From Nitrospirales bacterium (lineage in GTDB: Bacteria > Nitrospirota > Nitrospiria > Nitrospirales > UBA8639): a stretch of 64,000 bases of DNA. The DNA lies in NCBI GenBank assembly GCA_022828225.1, contig JAJEJG010000002.1, positions 20,268-84,267 of the forward strand, in the 5' to 3' direction. The notes below the pieces were generated by a model. That model was not told the origin of the DNA and ran no database searches. It saw only the letters and a list, made by a program, of their open reading frames with translations. The translations under genes were made by a program, and so were the position numbers. Every line of letters begins with the position of its first letter. Position 1 is the first letter of the stretch. Shown piece by piece: positions 16,072-26,385 of this stretch.

Positions 16072-18162
16072 ATGTCAAGTAACCCGAACGATTCCCTCGA
16101 AGCGGTGAATCCTCCAATAGCCCAAACGATTCCCGCGACCCTGGAAAAACATGGCCGGTCCCGGGTCGATCCGTATTATTGGTTGTCCGAACGTGACAAT
16201 CCTGACGTGCAGGCCTATCTCGAGGAAGAGAATGCCTATGCCCGGGAAGTCATGGCGCACCGCGACAAGTTCGAGGATGCCCTGTTTGAAGAGATCAAAG
16301 GCCGGATCAAACAGACCGACCGGTCCGTCCCTTACAAGCTCGATGATTACTACTATTACACGCGATACGAGGAAGGGAAGGAGTATCCCCTGTACTGCCG
16401 GAAGCGGGAAACGTTGGACGCCCGGGAAGAGGTGATGTTGGAGGTGAACACTTTGGCCGAAGGCCATGAATATTTTGCCGTCGGCGGGATGGCCGTGAGT
16501 TTTGACCGGAATCTCCTCGCGTTTGCGTTCGACGCGCAGGGGAGGCGTATCTACACGGTGCGCTTCAAGAACCTGGAAACCGGCGAGTTGTTGGACGACG
16601 TGTTGGAACACGTCACGGGCAACGTTGCCTGGGCCAACGACAACGCGACGCTGTTCTACGGCAAACAGGACCCGAATACCCTGCGCGCATATCAGGTGTT
16701 TCGACATCGGCTGGGTTCCGACCCGTCCTCAGACATCCTGGTATTTGAAGAAGAGGACGAGACCTTTACCACGGCCGTCTTCAAAACCAAATCGAAACAG
16801 TACCTGATGATCGCGTCCTATCAAACCGTGAGTACGGAGTACCGCTATCTTTCGGCGGACGATCCGGACGGGGAATTTACGGTGTTTCTGCCTCGCGAAC
16901 GGTTTCACGAGTACGACGTGGATCATGCCGGGGACGCCTTCTATATTCGGACCAACTGGGAGGCGAAGAACTTCCGTCTCATGAAAACGACGCTTCGGCA
17001 AACGGACCGGTCGTCGTGGCGGGAAGTCCTGCCTCATCGCGACGACGTCCTTCTCGAATCCTTCGAACTGTTCCGGGATTTCCTGGTGACGGAAGAACGA
17101 CGCCAAGGGTTGGTGCGGTTCCGCGTCATGCCGGCGAAGGGAGACGGCGAACATGACGTGGATTTCGGGGAACCCGCGTACGCGGCGGCGTTGGGAGACA
17201 ATCATGATTTCAATGCCTCCATCTTGCGGTACGAATATACCTCGATGACTACGCCGGATTCGGTCTATGACTATGACATGAAGACCCGGGAGAAGGTACT
17301 GCTGAAGCAGGAAGAAGTCCTGGGCGGGTTCGCGATCTCGCACTACGCCACCGAACGAACGTGGGCCACGGCGCCGGATGGAAAACGGATCCCGATTTCG
17401 TTGGCATACCGGAAACCGCTCCGAAACCCCGAAGGGAACCCGCTCCTGCTGTACGGATACGGGTCTTACGGCATCAGCATGGACGCGGACTTTCGTTCTC
17501 CGCGTTTAAGCCTGCTCGATCGGGGATTCACGTTTGCGATTGCGCACGTGCGCGGCGGGGAGGAGTTGGGTCGTGACTGGTATGAATCAGGAAAACTCTT
17601 TCACAAGAAAAACACGTTTACGGATTTTATCGCCTGTGCCGAACACCTGGTGCAACAAGGCTATGCCGCAAGAGAGCACGTGTATGCCATGGGCGGCAGC
17701 GCCGGCGGGTTGCTCATGGGGGCGGTGATCAACCTGCGGCCCGATCTGTTTCACGGGGTTGTGGCGCAAGTCCCGTTTGTCGACATCATGACCACGATGT
17801 TGGATGCGTCGATTCCCTTGACTACGGGAGAATACGATGAATGGGGAGATCCCAACCGGAAAGAAGATTACGAGTACATGCTGTCCTATTCGCCCTATGA
17901 CAACGTCACGGCACAGGCATATCCCCATCTCCTGGTGACCACGGGACTTCACGATTCCCAAGTGCAATATTGGGAGCCCGCGAAATGGGTGGCCAAATTA
18001 CGTCGCGTGAAAACCGACGGAAACCGGTTGCTGCTCAAAACCAACATGGACGCGGGTCATGGAGGAGCGTCCGGCCGGTTCAGGCGATACAAGGAACTGG
18101 CCTTCATCTACACGTTCCTCCTGGACCTGGCCGGCCGGGCGGATTCGGCGTCAGCGTCTTAA
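16072..18162 (+). CDS. ptrB: Oligopeptidase B (S9A prolyl oligopeptidase family)
   Basis: 696 aa. N-terminal beta-propeller region. Catalytic GGSAGGLLMG. C-terminal DAGHGG. Confidence 0.85.
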   Translation: MSSNPNDSLEAVNPPIAQTIPATLEKHGRSRVDPYYWLSERDNPDVQAYLEEENAYAREVMAHRDKFEDALFEEIKGRIKQTDRSVPYKLDDYYYYTRYEEGKEYPLYCRKRETLDAREEVMLEVNTLAEGHEYFAVGGMAVSFDRNLLAFAFDAQGRRIYTVRFKNLETGELLDDVLEHVTGNVAWANDNATLFYGKQDPNTLRAYQVFRHRLGSDPSSDILVFEEEDETFTTAVFKTKSKQYLMIASYQTVSTEYRYLSADDPDGEFTVFLPRERFHEYDVDHAGDAFYIRTNWEAKNFRLMKTTLRQTDRSSWREVLPHRDDVLLESFELFRDFLVTEERRQGLVRFRVMPAKGDGEHDVDFGEPAYAAALGDNHDFNASILRYEYTSMTTPDSVYDYDMKTREKVLLKQEEVLGGFAISHYATERTWATAPDGKRIPISLAYRKPLRNPEGNPLLLYGYGSYGISMDADFRSPRLSLLDRGFTFAIAHVRGGEELGRDWYESGKLFHKKNTFTDFIACAEHLVQQGYAAREHVYAMGGSAGGLLMGAVINLRPDLFHGVVAQVPFVDIMTTMLDASIPLTTGEYDEWGDPNRKEDYEYMLSYSPYDNVTAQAYPHLLVTTGLHDSQVQYWEPAKWVAKLRRVKTDGNRLLLKTNMDAGHGGASGRFRRYKELAFIYTFLLDLAGRADSASAS

Positions 18163-18298
18163 CCGGCGGTCGCAAGGCCGGATGTCGAAAAGGCCCGTCC
18201 GGCAAGGCCCCAGGAACGTTGGCGCGCGGAGCGTACACGGAGTACGTGAGCTCGACAGCGGACCGAGAACGCCGCCGGCGGAGTTTTGCGGCATCCTG

Positions 18299-19537
18299 TC
18301 AGCACATCGTGGCCAGTTGCGCCTTCATCGTCGGCTCGCGGAGTTTTTTCAGGGCCAACACTTCGATCTGCCGGATCCGTTCGCGCGTCACGTTCAGGAG
18401 TTTCCCCACTTCCTCCAGGGTACGGGACTGTCCGTTGCCGATGCCGAAACGTAACCGGATCACCTGTGCTTCTCGTGGCGTCAGGAACCCAAGCAAACGA
18501 TGGAGTTGCGACCGCATCTGTTCTTCCTGGACGTTGGCGTCAGGAGCCGGAGCCGTGTCATCCGGGAGACAATCTTCCAGGAACGTTTCCCCGTCGGCAT
18601 TGGGTTGATCAAAAGAAATCGGTTCCAGGAACGCCTGCATCGTCTGCTGCACCCGTTCGGGATTAGTGGCCAGGGCCAGGGCAATTTCCTCGTGACTGGG
18701 TTCGCGTCCCAGCTTTTGCGCCAGGCGATGGGAAACCTTGATCATGCGTTGCCACGACTCGGTGGTATGAACCGGAACCCGTATGGTCCGGGACTGGTCG
18801 GCCACGGCCCGTAAAATGCCCTGGCGGATCCACCACGTGGCATACGTGCTGAATTTGAACCCCTTCCGGTACTGGAACCGTTCGGCCGCTCGCATTAACC
18901 CGATGTTCCCTTCCTGGATGAGATCCAGAAATCCCAATCCGCGTCCCGTAAAGCGTTTGGCAATATCGACGACAAGGCGAAGGTTGCGTTGAACCAACTC
19001 TTCCTTGGCCTGTTCCAACTGGGCGCGGTTGTCAGCCAACTCGCGTTGAAACTCTCGCAGGCGTTTCCCGAGCGTGCGGCCTTTCAATCCGCGACCGGGC
19101 AAGGCGTTACTGAGTCCGGACAGACGTTCCTCCGCCTCGTTCAGGGCAGGGGCCGACAAGCCGCTCAGTTCCCGAATCTCGGTCAGGGAATGCAACGCTT
19201 CATGAAACTCCGGTTTATCGCCGAGGCCTTTGACGTCTTGAATGGCTTGGGCGAGCATGGTCCGGATGTTTTGGCTGCTTTCGTCGATCCGTTTGGCCAG
19301 TTCCAGCTCTTCCTGTTTGTTCAGAAGTGGACGTGACCGGAAGGTACGAAAATAGATCGGTTCCAGCGCGGTGTCCTGAGTTTCCTTGTCTTCATTTTTC
19401 TTGTCATCCGGAAAATCCTCGATCATGGTATCCAGCGTCGGGACATCATGAGGGAAAACTTTCGAGAGCTTGCCGTTGGTCGGAAGTCGCCCCGCGACCT
19501 TGTTGACGTTGAGCAGTGCGTTGTCGGTCGTCTTCAT
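18299..19537 (-). CDS. RNA polymerase sigma-70 family factor (RpoD-like, no obvious region 1.1)
   Basis: Region 1.2 [14 protein letters not shown]. Region 2 [29 protein letters not shown]. Region 4 [23 protein letters not shown] 19537 follows GGAGAG. Confidence 0.85.
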   Translation of the reverse strand: MKTTDNALLNVNKVAGRLPTNGKLSKVFPHDVPTLDTMIEDFPDDKKNEDKETQDTALEPIYFRTFRSRPLLNKQEELELAKRIDESSQNIRTMLAQAIQDVKGLGDKPEFHEALHSLTEIRELSGLSAPALNEAEERLSGLSNALPGRGLKGRTLGKRLREFQRELADNRAQLEQAKEELVQRNLRLVVDIAKRFTGRGLGFLDLIQEGNIGLMRAAERFQYRKGFKFSTYATWWIRQGILRAVADQSRTIRVPVHTTESWQRMIKVSHRLAQKLGREPSHEEIALALATNPERVQQTMQAFLEPISFDQPNADGETFLEDCLPDDTAPAPDANVQEEQMRSQLHRLLGFLTPREAQVIRLRFGIGNGQSRTLEEVGKLLNVTRERIRQIEVLALKKLREPTMKAQLATMC

Positions 19538-19583
19538 GGCTCTCTCCTCTCTCGTCGTAAAAGATCCGATTCCGGGGAATTCG

Positions 19584-19609
19584 CAGGGAACCACAATCGT
19601 GGTTCCCTG
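19584..19609 (-). terminator. 11-bp perfect hairpin between degP stop and sigma-factor start
   Basis: CAGGGAACCAC-aatc-GTGGTTCCCTG. No clear U-tract, so it could be a terminator, attenuator or processing site. Confidence 0.4.
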
Positions 19610-19623
19610 CGGTCTCTCCCCGG

Positions 19624-21168
19624 TTACACCTTGACGGTCAGGAACAACGGTGTTCCTTGACGGTTGATAAACAGGAGAATCGTCTGTTCCTTCGACAAGG
19701 TCTTCACCGCTTGTCGAAAGTCTTGCGACGATTCCACCGGGGTCCGGTTGATCTCACGGATCACGTCACCTTGAACGAGTCCGGCCTGCTCGGCTTGGCT
19801 GCCCGCGCGAATATCCGTCACGACGACACCGGCGATTTGGCCGTCAATGCCGAGTCGTTTGGCCATGCGGGGAGTGAGGTCCTCCACGGTCAGCCCGGCC
19901 AGGCGAGACTCCGCATCGGCGTCCTGCGCGGAGGCGACCCGTTGCCCCATCGGATGTTCCACGATCGACGTGCGCAGGGCCTGCTCGGCTCCGTCACGCA
20001 TGACCGTGATGGTGACCTCGGTCCCGACCGGGGTGGTGGTCACCGCCCGTTGCAGCTCCCTGGGGCCGGCAATCGGTTGATCCTGGTATCGAATGATGGT
20101 ATCGCCTCGCCGGAGTCCGGCTCGGTCTGCCGGGCTGGCATCACGCACCTCCGTCACGATGGCGCCGTCAGGTCGGTCCAGGTGAAACGACTTGGCCAGT
20201 TCAGGCGTGACGGCTTGAATCCCGACGCCCAAAAACCCGCGGGTGACTTTCCCCGTCGATACCAAGCTGGCATAGACGTGTTGGCCGATGCTGGCGGGAA
20301 TGGCCAATCCGACGCCCTGGTAGCCGCCCGACCTCGAAAGGATGGCGGTGTTGATACCCACCAATTCGCCGTGCATGTTGACCAGGGCGCCGCCGGAGTT
20401 CCCGGGATTGATCGCGGCATCGGTTTGAATGAAATCTTCATATTGCGTAATGCCCACGCCGCGCCCCTTGGCGCTCACGATGCCCTGCGTGACCGTGGAG
20501 CGCAGCCCGAACGGACTTCCGATGGCGAGCACGTAATCCCCCACCTCGAGTTTGGACGAATCGCCCCAGGCGATGAACGGCAGGTTGTCCCCTTGAATTT
20601 TAATCACGGCCAAATCCGTTTGCGGGTCGCTGCCCACGATCGAGCCGGTGAACTCTCGTTTGTCGAGCAGGGCAACCGTGACCGTTTTCGCACCATCGAC
20701 GACGTGGTGGTTGGTGACCACGTATCCCTCGGGACTCACGATGACCCCGGAGCCCATCCCCTTGCCGCGAGGTTCTTGCCAGGGGTTGGAAAAGGGCGGC
20801 GTCCCATAGGAATGTTTGTCCCGCGGGCCGAACTTGAACCAATCGGGGACGCCGGGGACGTCCGGTACGTCAGAGAGTCCGGTGCCCACAACCTTGGAGA
20901 CGGTGATATTGACGACGGCCGGTCTGACGGCTTTGACAATGTGTGCGAACCCGCGCCCGACCTCGAATTCGGACGGGACGGCTTTCGTCATGGAATGAGC
21001 CGGAGTTGGAACTGCGGACGGTGCCGGCGAGCCCACCGCGCCGGTCGAAAACGCGGCGACCAGCATTCCCGTCAATAATAAGCTCACCGTCACAGCGATC
21101 AGGAAATTCTTCCTGCCCTGCGTTTCGGTGAGCGACATGGACGATGAACGATTCAGCGATTGTTTCAT
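19624..21168 (-). CDS. Periplasmic serine endoprotease DegP/HtrA (two PDZ domains)
   Basis: Signal/TM region, then GNSGGALVNMHGELVGINTAI (catalytic Ser). Two PDZ-like regions. AAGGAGG precedes ATG 21168. Confidence 0.88.
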   Translation of the reverse strand: MKQSLNRSSSMSLTETQGRKNFLIAVTVSLLLTGMLVAAFSTGAVGSPAPSAVPTPAHSMTKAVPSEFEVGRGFAHIVKAVRPAVVNITVSKVVGTGLSDVPDVPGVPDWFKFGPRDKHSYGTPPFSNPWQEPRGKGMGSGVIVSPEGYVVTNHHVVDGAKTVTVALLDKREFTGSIVGSDPQTDLAVIKIQGDNLPFIAWGDSSKLEVGDYVLAIGSPFGLRSTVTQGIVSAKGRGVGITQYEDFIQTDAAINPGNSGGALVNMHGELVGINTAILSRSGGYQGVGLAIPASIGQHVYASLVSTGKVTRGFLGVGIQAVTPELAKSFHLDRPDGAIVTEVRDASPADRAGLRRGDTIIRYQDQPIAGPRELQRAVTTTPVGTEVTITVMRDGAEQALRTSIVEHPMGQRVASAQDADAESRLAGLTVEDLTPRMAKRLGIDGQIAGVVVTDIRAGSQAEQAGLVQGDVIREINRTPVESSQDFRQAVKTLSKEQTILLFINRQGTPLFLTVKV

Positions 21169-21308
21169 GGGTTCCTCCTTTATGTAGCGGCGAAGCTGTG
21201 TATTTTCCCTGTGCAATCCTGCGTTGAAACAGTTATAGCAACGGAACATGAAAGGAAAATTAATCTCGGATTAAAAACTTCTAATTTGGAAAACAACTCT
21301 CCCCTTTC

Positions 21309-21429
21309 CTCTACCTCCCCTCACCCCTCCCCTTCGACAAGCTCAGGACAGGCTTACAAAGGAGGGGAAGCAGGAAGGAGTGCTTGTCGTTACCTCCCCT
21401 TTGTAAGGGGAGGGCAGGGTGGGGTAGAG
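21309..21429. repeat. Family-B inverted pair (B5); the left unit carries a family-C insertion
   Basis: CTCTACCTCCCCTCACCCCTCCCCTT-[CGACAAGCTCAGGACAGGC]-TTACAAAGGAGGGGA (21309-21368). Intact unit at 21392-21429. Confidence 0.8.
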
Positions 21430-21478
21430 CCGACGGACGGATTGGTCAGGCAGAAGGGGATAGAAGAAGCGTGAATCG

Positions 21479-22906
21479 TCAAGAAACAGAGGTGGCAGGA
21501 AGCAGAGGGAGAGAAATCGTAAAACGGGAGCCTTGCCCAAAGGTGCTGGCAACCTCGATGGTGCCGTGGTGCGCTTCGGCAATCCATTTGCAGATCGACA
21601 AGCCGAGGCCGGTGCCTTTTTGCGCGTGCGCCCGTGCGGCATCGGTTCGGTAAAACCGGTCGAAGACGAGACGTTGTTCTTCCGGAGTCATGCCGATCCC
21701 ATGATCCTGAACGGTCACCCGGGCCATCCCGCGGTCTTGCGTCAACCCGAGTTCCACGGTGCCGCGGGGCAAGGAATATTTGACGGCGTTGTCGACCACG
21801 TTCAGGATCAGCTCCCGAAGCCGCCATTCATCTCCCGATACCCGGAGCGGTTCGACTTGCCCCAAGGTCGTGGCGATCTGTTGCTCTTTCCCCAGGACCA
21901 TGGCTTGCATTTGAATTTCCTGCACCAACGTGTCGAGTTGGACGGGGTCCGACGCGACGTGCACTTCCCCGAGATCGGCGCGTGAGAGGAACATGAGTTC
22001 TTCCACGATCCGGCTCATCCGGTCTATTTCTTCCAGGTTGCTTTCCAGGGCTTCCCGGTAGACTTCCGGCGAGCGGGGTTTGCGTAACGCCAATTCGGTT
22101 TCACCCTTCGTGATCGTCAGCGGGGTGCGTAATTCGTGCGACGCATCGGCGCTGAATTGACGGATTTGGCGGATTGAGGCTTCCAGCCTGCCGATCATGT
22201 TGTTAAACGTAGACGCGAGGCGGCCGATTTCGTCTTTCGACGTGGTTTCGATCCGCTGGGTGAGATCGCCGCCGGCAATCCGTTGAGCGGTCAGCGTGAT
22301 ATCGTCCACGGGTCGCAACGCCCGCCCGGCCAGGAACCAGCCCCCCAACACGCTCACCACCACGGCCAATGGGGAGCCGATGAGCAGGACGAACACCAGG
22401 CGAGCCAGCATTTCTTTCTCGGGCTGGAGAGATGTCCCGACCCGCAAAATATTGACGAGGGTCTGTCCATGTCGAATCGGATACGAGAGCAAGCGTATGG
22501 GGATTTCGTCACGGAACCGGACGGTTTCGAAGACGGCTCGGCCTTGCAGGCTCGATTGGAGGGCGGTTTGACTGAGGGGAATGTTGCGGGTCTTGATGTT
22601 GGCGGATTGAAGGGTGACTTGCCCCTGCGGGCCGAAAATCTGGAAGAACTTGTCGAGCAGGGCCAATTCTGGAAAGGCTTGCGCCAAGTCGTCCAACAAC
22701 AGGAATGGACCGAAGCGATGTTCTTCAAGCGACTGGGAGGCGGCTACGGCGGCTTCCTCCAGCGAACGGTCAATCTGGTCTTCCAACGCGCGGGCCATGA
22801 CAACGTACAGCGCGGTCGCGAAGAGGAGCATGATCAAGGCCAAGCCCCCGCCATACCAGATGGTCAACCTGACGCGGATGGACGTGTTGGCCCGCATGTT
22901 AGGCAT
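21479..22906 (-). CDS. Sensor histidine kinase (CusS/heavy-metal-sensor-like)
   Basis: SIRVRLTIWYGG N-terminus, two TM segments, HAMP, H-box FSADASHELRTPL, HATPase G-boxes. Confidence 0.8.
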   Translation of the reverse strand: MPNMRANTSIRVRLTIWYGGGLALIMLLFATALYVVMARALEDQIDRSLEEAAVAASQSLEEHRFGPFLLLDDLAQAFPELALLDKFFQIFGPQGQVTLQSANIKTRNIPLSQTALQSSLQGRAVFETVRFRDEIPIRLLSYPIRHGQTLVNILRVGTSLQPEKEMLARLVFVLLIGSPLAVVVSVLGGWFLAGRALRPVDDITLTAQRIAGGDLTQRIETTSKDEIGRLASTFNNMIGRLEASIRQIRQFSADASHELRTPLTITKGETELALRKPRSPEVYREALESNLEEIDRMSRIVEELMFLSRADLGEVHVASDPVQLDTLVQEIQMQAMVLGKEQQIATTLGQVEPLRVSGDEWRLRELILNVVDNAVKYSLPRGTVELGLTQDRGMARVTVQDHGIGMTPEEQRLVFDRFYRTDAARAHAQKGTGLGLSICKWIAEAHHGTIEVASTFGQGSRFTISLPLLPATSVS

Positions 22907-23576
22907 CGGTCAACTTCAGGGTATAGCCACTGCCGCGGACGGTATGGATGAGGCCCCGGTCATAGCCGCGATCGATTTTGTTCCGAAGATAACTGATATA
23001 GACGTCGATGACGTTGGTGAAGGTGTCGAAATCCAGGTCCCATACGTGCTCGGCAATCATCGGGCGCGTGAGGACGCGTCCCGCGTTGCGCATCATGTAT
23101 TCCAGCAACGCGTATTCCTTCGAGGTCAGGTCAATCCGTTGCCCGCCTCGCGTGACTTCATGGTTGGTGGGATTCAGGATGAGATCGTCGATTTGCAAGA
23201 GACCGGCCGAGTCTCCGCTGGCTCGACGCAACAAGGCTCGGGTCCTGGCGATCAGCTCTTCAATGGCAAAGGGTTTGGTCAGGTAGTCGTCCGCGCCGGC
23301 GTCCAAACCTTTTACGCGCTGGTCCACTTTCGAGCGCGCGGTCAAAATGAGAATCGGAGTGGCGACCTTGGCGTCCCGGACGGCTTTCAGTACCTCGATG
23401 CCGGGCAGGCCGGGCAGCATGAGATCCAGGATGATCAGGTCATAGTCGATTTCCGATGCCAGGTCCCGACCCTGAATGCCGTCGGAACACACGTCCACCG
23501 CGTAACTCTCCTCTTCCAATGCGCGGCGAATGAACGAGGCGACTTTGGGTTCGTCTTCGATAATCAGAATACGCAT
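22899..23576 (-). CDS. OmpR-family response regulator (CusR-like)
   Basis: MRILIIEDEPKV...DLIILDLMLPG receiver domain. Winged-helix C-terminus ...IHTVRGSGY. 8-nt overlap with the kinase gene. Confidence 0.88.
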   Translation of the reverse strand: MRILIIEDEPKVASFIRRALEEESYAVDVCSDGIQGRDLASEIDYDLIILDLMLPGLPGIEVLKAVRDAKVATPILILTARSKVDQRVKGLDAGADDYLTKPFAIEELIARTRALLRRASGDSAGLLQIDDLILNPTNHEVTRGGQRIDLTSKEYALLEYMMRNAGRVLTRPMIAEHVWDLDFDTFTNVIDVYISYLRNKIDRGYDRGLIHTVRGSGYTLKLTDA

Positions 23577-23603
23577 GACCCCTCATTATAGCATGGATTC
23601 TAT

Positions 23604-23642
23604 CTCCCTCTCCCCTGGTGGGAGAGGGCAGGGTGAGGGGGG
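23604..23642. repeat. Family-D palindromic repeat (D1)
   Basis: CTCCCTCTCCCCTGGTGGGAGAGGGCAGGGTGAGGGGG. Related units at 28668-28690 and 37078-37116. Confidence 0.7.
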
Positions 23643-23659
23643 GATCAAGAACTCTTCTT

Positions 23660-24061
23660 CTATTCTGACGATTTCAGGCGGAATCCGTATTCCCGACTGG
23701 TCAGGGCAACGATGGTGCCGGTTGTGGTGTCATAGTAGGCGGCTTGCCATGCGGGCCGTCCCTGGGCGTCGGTCGTGGTCGCGGCACAGCGGACGACTCT
23801 ATCCAGCGTGTGTTTCTCGGACAGTGGAAGCGCATGCCATCGAGGTCCGACGTGGACCCACAGCAGGTTGGACAGGCTGGGGGGGTGGCTCGTGCCTTGG
23901 ATACCTTTTTCGGCATACGTCGCCAGTGTGGCTTCGGCTGCCTGTGGGTCACATTGCGAAGATTCGGTGCGGTATATCACAATAGCCGTGAGTACAAGGC
24001 CCGCGGCCACAAGAATGAGCGGCAGGATTCGGTTGGAAGTTCGGAAAGATGATCCGGCCAT
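23660..24061 (-). CDS. Hypothetical membrane-anchored protein
   Basis: 133 aa. N-terminal TM ILPLILVAAGLVLTAIVIY. No family recognised. Confidence 0.45.
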   Translation of the reverse strand: MAGSSFRTSNRILPLILVAAGLVLTAIVIYRTESSQCDPQAAEATLATYAEKGIQGTSHPPSLSNLLWVHVGPRWHALPLSEKHTLDRVVRCAATTTDAQGRPAWQAAYYDTTTGTIVALTSREYGFRLKSSE

Positions 24062-24230
24062 CGTGCCTTCAGAATCAGGAGCAAGAAAACGTGATGAGAC
24101 AATTTTTTAGTGGAATCATGATGCCTCGACGGATAACATTACCAAAAATACAAAAACCGATCCGCAACATTCTGATACTCTCGACTAGCATCAACAAGTC
24201 AATGGGCCACAACACCTGAGGTAGCCGAAT

Positions 24231-25643
24231 ATGCCAAAAGCCATACGTGACATGATAGACGCCGACCTTCTGTGTATCGGCAGCGGGCCGGCGGGCCAGC
24301 GGGCCGCGGTGCAAGCGGCGAAGCTGGGCAAGCGCGTGGTCGTCGTTGAAAAACGACGGGTGGTCGGGGGCGTCTGTCTGGATACGGGCACCATTCCCAG
24401 TAAGACCTTTCGGGAAGCCGTGCTGGCGTTTGGCCGGCAAGCCGAACAATTTCGCAAACGTCATGGATTTGCCGCGCCATCCCGCCTCGGAGTTGATCAG
24501 TTGTTTTCGAGAGTCAACGAGGTGGTGGAACGGGAAGGGGAGGTGGTGCAACGGCAACTGGAACGCAATGACATCACGGTGATCCGGGGCGAAGCGTCGT
24601 TCATTGACGAACACACCGTTCAAATCTTTGCCGAGGAGGCCCTGCAATGGGTTCAAGCGGAACACATCGTGATTGCCGTGGGAACCGTGCCTGCCCCGCC
24701 GCTTGGTCTGAAGGACGAGTATCCGCAGATTATCACCAGCGATAAGGTGATGAGCCTGGAGAGTCTGCCCCGATCCATGGTCGTCGTGGGCGCAGGGGTG
24801 ATCGGTCTCGAATATGCCTCGATGTTCGGCTCCCTCGGCGTCGACGTGACATTGGTGGATACCCGCCATCGGCCCCTGGAATTTCTGGATACCGAAATCG
24901 TGGATGAACTCATTCATCAGATGCGGAATTACGGTGTGACCTTTCGGCTGGGGGAAACGGTCGAACAGATGGAATGTTCGGAAGGGAAACCGACGAAGGC
25001 CGTCATTTATCTGGAGTCGGGGAAAAAGCTCGTGTCCGATCTGGTGTTGTATGCCGTCGGCCGCATTGGGGCGACCGAATCGTTGGGGTTGGAACGGGCG
25101 GGCCTCGAAGCCGACGAGCGGGGCCGGTTGAAGGTCAATGAACGATTTCAGACCGCCGTGCCGCATATCTTTGCCGCCGGTGACGTAATCGGGTATCCCA
25201 GTCTGGCCGCCACGTCGTCCGAGCAAGGTCGTCTGGCGGCCTGTCATGCCTTTGGGATGAAGGCGGAGCCCATGTCGGCGAATTTTCCCATCGGGATTTA
25301 CGCCGTGCCGGAAATTTCCATGGTCGGCGAAAATGAGCAGAACCTCACCATGAAGAAAGTGCCGTATGAAATCGGGATGGCCCGCTATAAGGAAATCGCG
25401 CGCGGGCACATCATGGGCGACGATAGCGGACTCCTCAAACTGCTGTTCCATCGTAAGAACCGCCAACTGCTGGGCGTGCATGCCATCGGACTCGGCGCCA
25501 CGGAATTGGTGCACATCGGCCAAGCCGTCCTGGGCCTGGGGGGCGGGCTGGATTACTTCATAAACACCGTCTTCAATTACCCGACCATGGCCGAATGCTA
25601 CAAAGTCGCCTCCCTGGACGCCTTCAACAAGTTATCGCAGTAA
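24231..25643 (+). CDS. sthA: Soluble pyridine nucleotide transhydrogenase (SthA-type flavoprotein)
   Basis: 470 aa. GSGPAG FAD motif. GGVCLDTGTIPSK has Thr where lipoamide dehydrogenases carry the second redox Cys. Confidence 0.65.
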   Translation: MPKAIRDMIDADLLCIGSGPAGQRAAVQAAKLGKRVVVVEKRRVVGGVCLDTGTIPSKTFREAVLAFGRQAEQFRKRHGFAAPSRLGVDQLFSRVNEVVEREGEVVQRQLERNDITVIRGEASFIDEHTVQIFAEEALQWVQAEHIVIAVGTVPAPPLGLKDEYPQIITSDKVMSLESLPRSMVVVGAGVIGLEYASMFGSLGVDVTLVDTRHRPLEFLDTEIVDELIHQMRNYGVTFRLGETVEQMECSEGKPTKAVIYLESGKKLVSDLVLYAVGRIGATESLGLERAGLEADERGRLKVNERFQTAVPHIFAAGDVIGYPSLAATSSEQGRLAACHAFGMKAEPMSANFPIGIYAVPEISMVGENEQNLTMKKVPYEIGMARYKEIARGHIMGDDSGLLKLLFHRKNRQLLGVHAIGLGATELVHIGQAVLGLGGGLDYFINTVFNYPTMAECYKVASLDAFNKLSQ

Positions 25644-25698
25644 ACTTCCCATAGCGTCGTCTTTTTGTCGCGAGCGTGGGACCGAATCGTGAAGCACC

Positions 25699-26112
25699 AT
25701 GGCTATTATCGCCAATTTTGCAGACGACGTTCTCGCGCAGCCGGTCGCCGTTCAGCTTTGGGTGCTCTGGATGATTGCCGCAATTTTCGTCGTCCCGGGC
25801 CTGCTGCTGAGGTACGAATCCTCCCGGCGCGAAGGAACCGTGATTCTCGCTTCGAGTATCGTGCTGGCCGTCCTGATGCTGCTCTGGTATTCACAAGTGG
25901 GCTATACCCGCATTATTGCGCTTCCGCACATCCTGATCTGGCCGCCGCTCTTGGGGTACCTGTATTTGAGACGAAACAATCTGGCATCTCCGGCGCGCGT
26001 GCGCTGGCTGACGACGATCCTTGTGCTCACGCTCGTCGTCTCCCTCGCCTTCGACTGCACGGACGTTATTCGTTACATCTTGGATGCACAAGCGCGTACC
26101 CGGGAGGATTGA
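25699..26112 (+). CDS. Hypothetical integral membrane protein
   Basis: 137 aa with four predicted hydrophobic segments. No family recognised. Confidence 0.5.
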   Translation: MAIIANFADDVLAQPVAVQLWVLWMIAAIFVVPGLLLRYESSRREGTVILASSIVLAVLMLLWYSQVGYTRIIALPHILIWPPLLGYLYLRRNNLASPARVRWLTTILVLTLVVSLAFDCTDVIRYILDAQARTRED

Positions 26113-26145
26113 CTTCAGGGTATTACCGTCGTTATACCCAAGTCC

Positions 26146-26385
26146 ATGAAAACAGCGGTCTCCATACCGGATACCGTGTTCCAATAGGCAGATCGATTCG
26201 CCAAGCGCAAAGCCATCTCGCGGAGTGAACTCTACACCAGAGCCGTCAGGACCAATCTGGAACGGGAAGAGCACATCACGGAGCAACTCAATGCCGTGTA
26301 CGATGCTGAAGAGTCTAGGCTGGACACGGTGTTGGAGGATCTTCAGTATCGTTTCGTCCGGGAGAATGGTTTTGCGGAGAGGTGA
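26146..26385 (+). pseudogene. Ribbon-helix-helix (CopG/MazE-like) antitoxin with an in-frame TAG at codon 14; no toxin partner
   Basis: MKTAVSIPDTVFQ*ADRFAKRKAISRSELYTRAVRTNLEREEH... has an RHH antitoxin N-terminus. TAG at 26185-26187. No downstream Met to restart. The next gene is a porin rather than a toxin. Confidence 0.55.
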
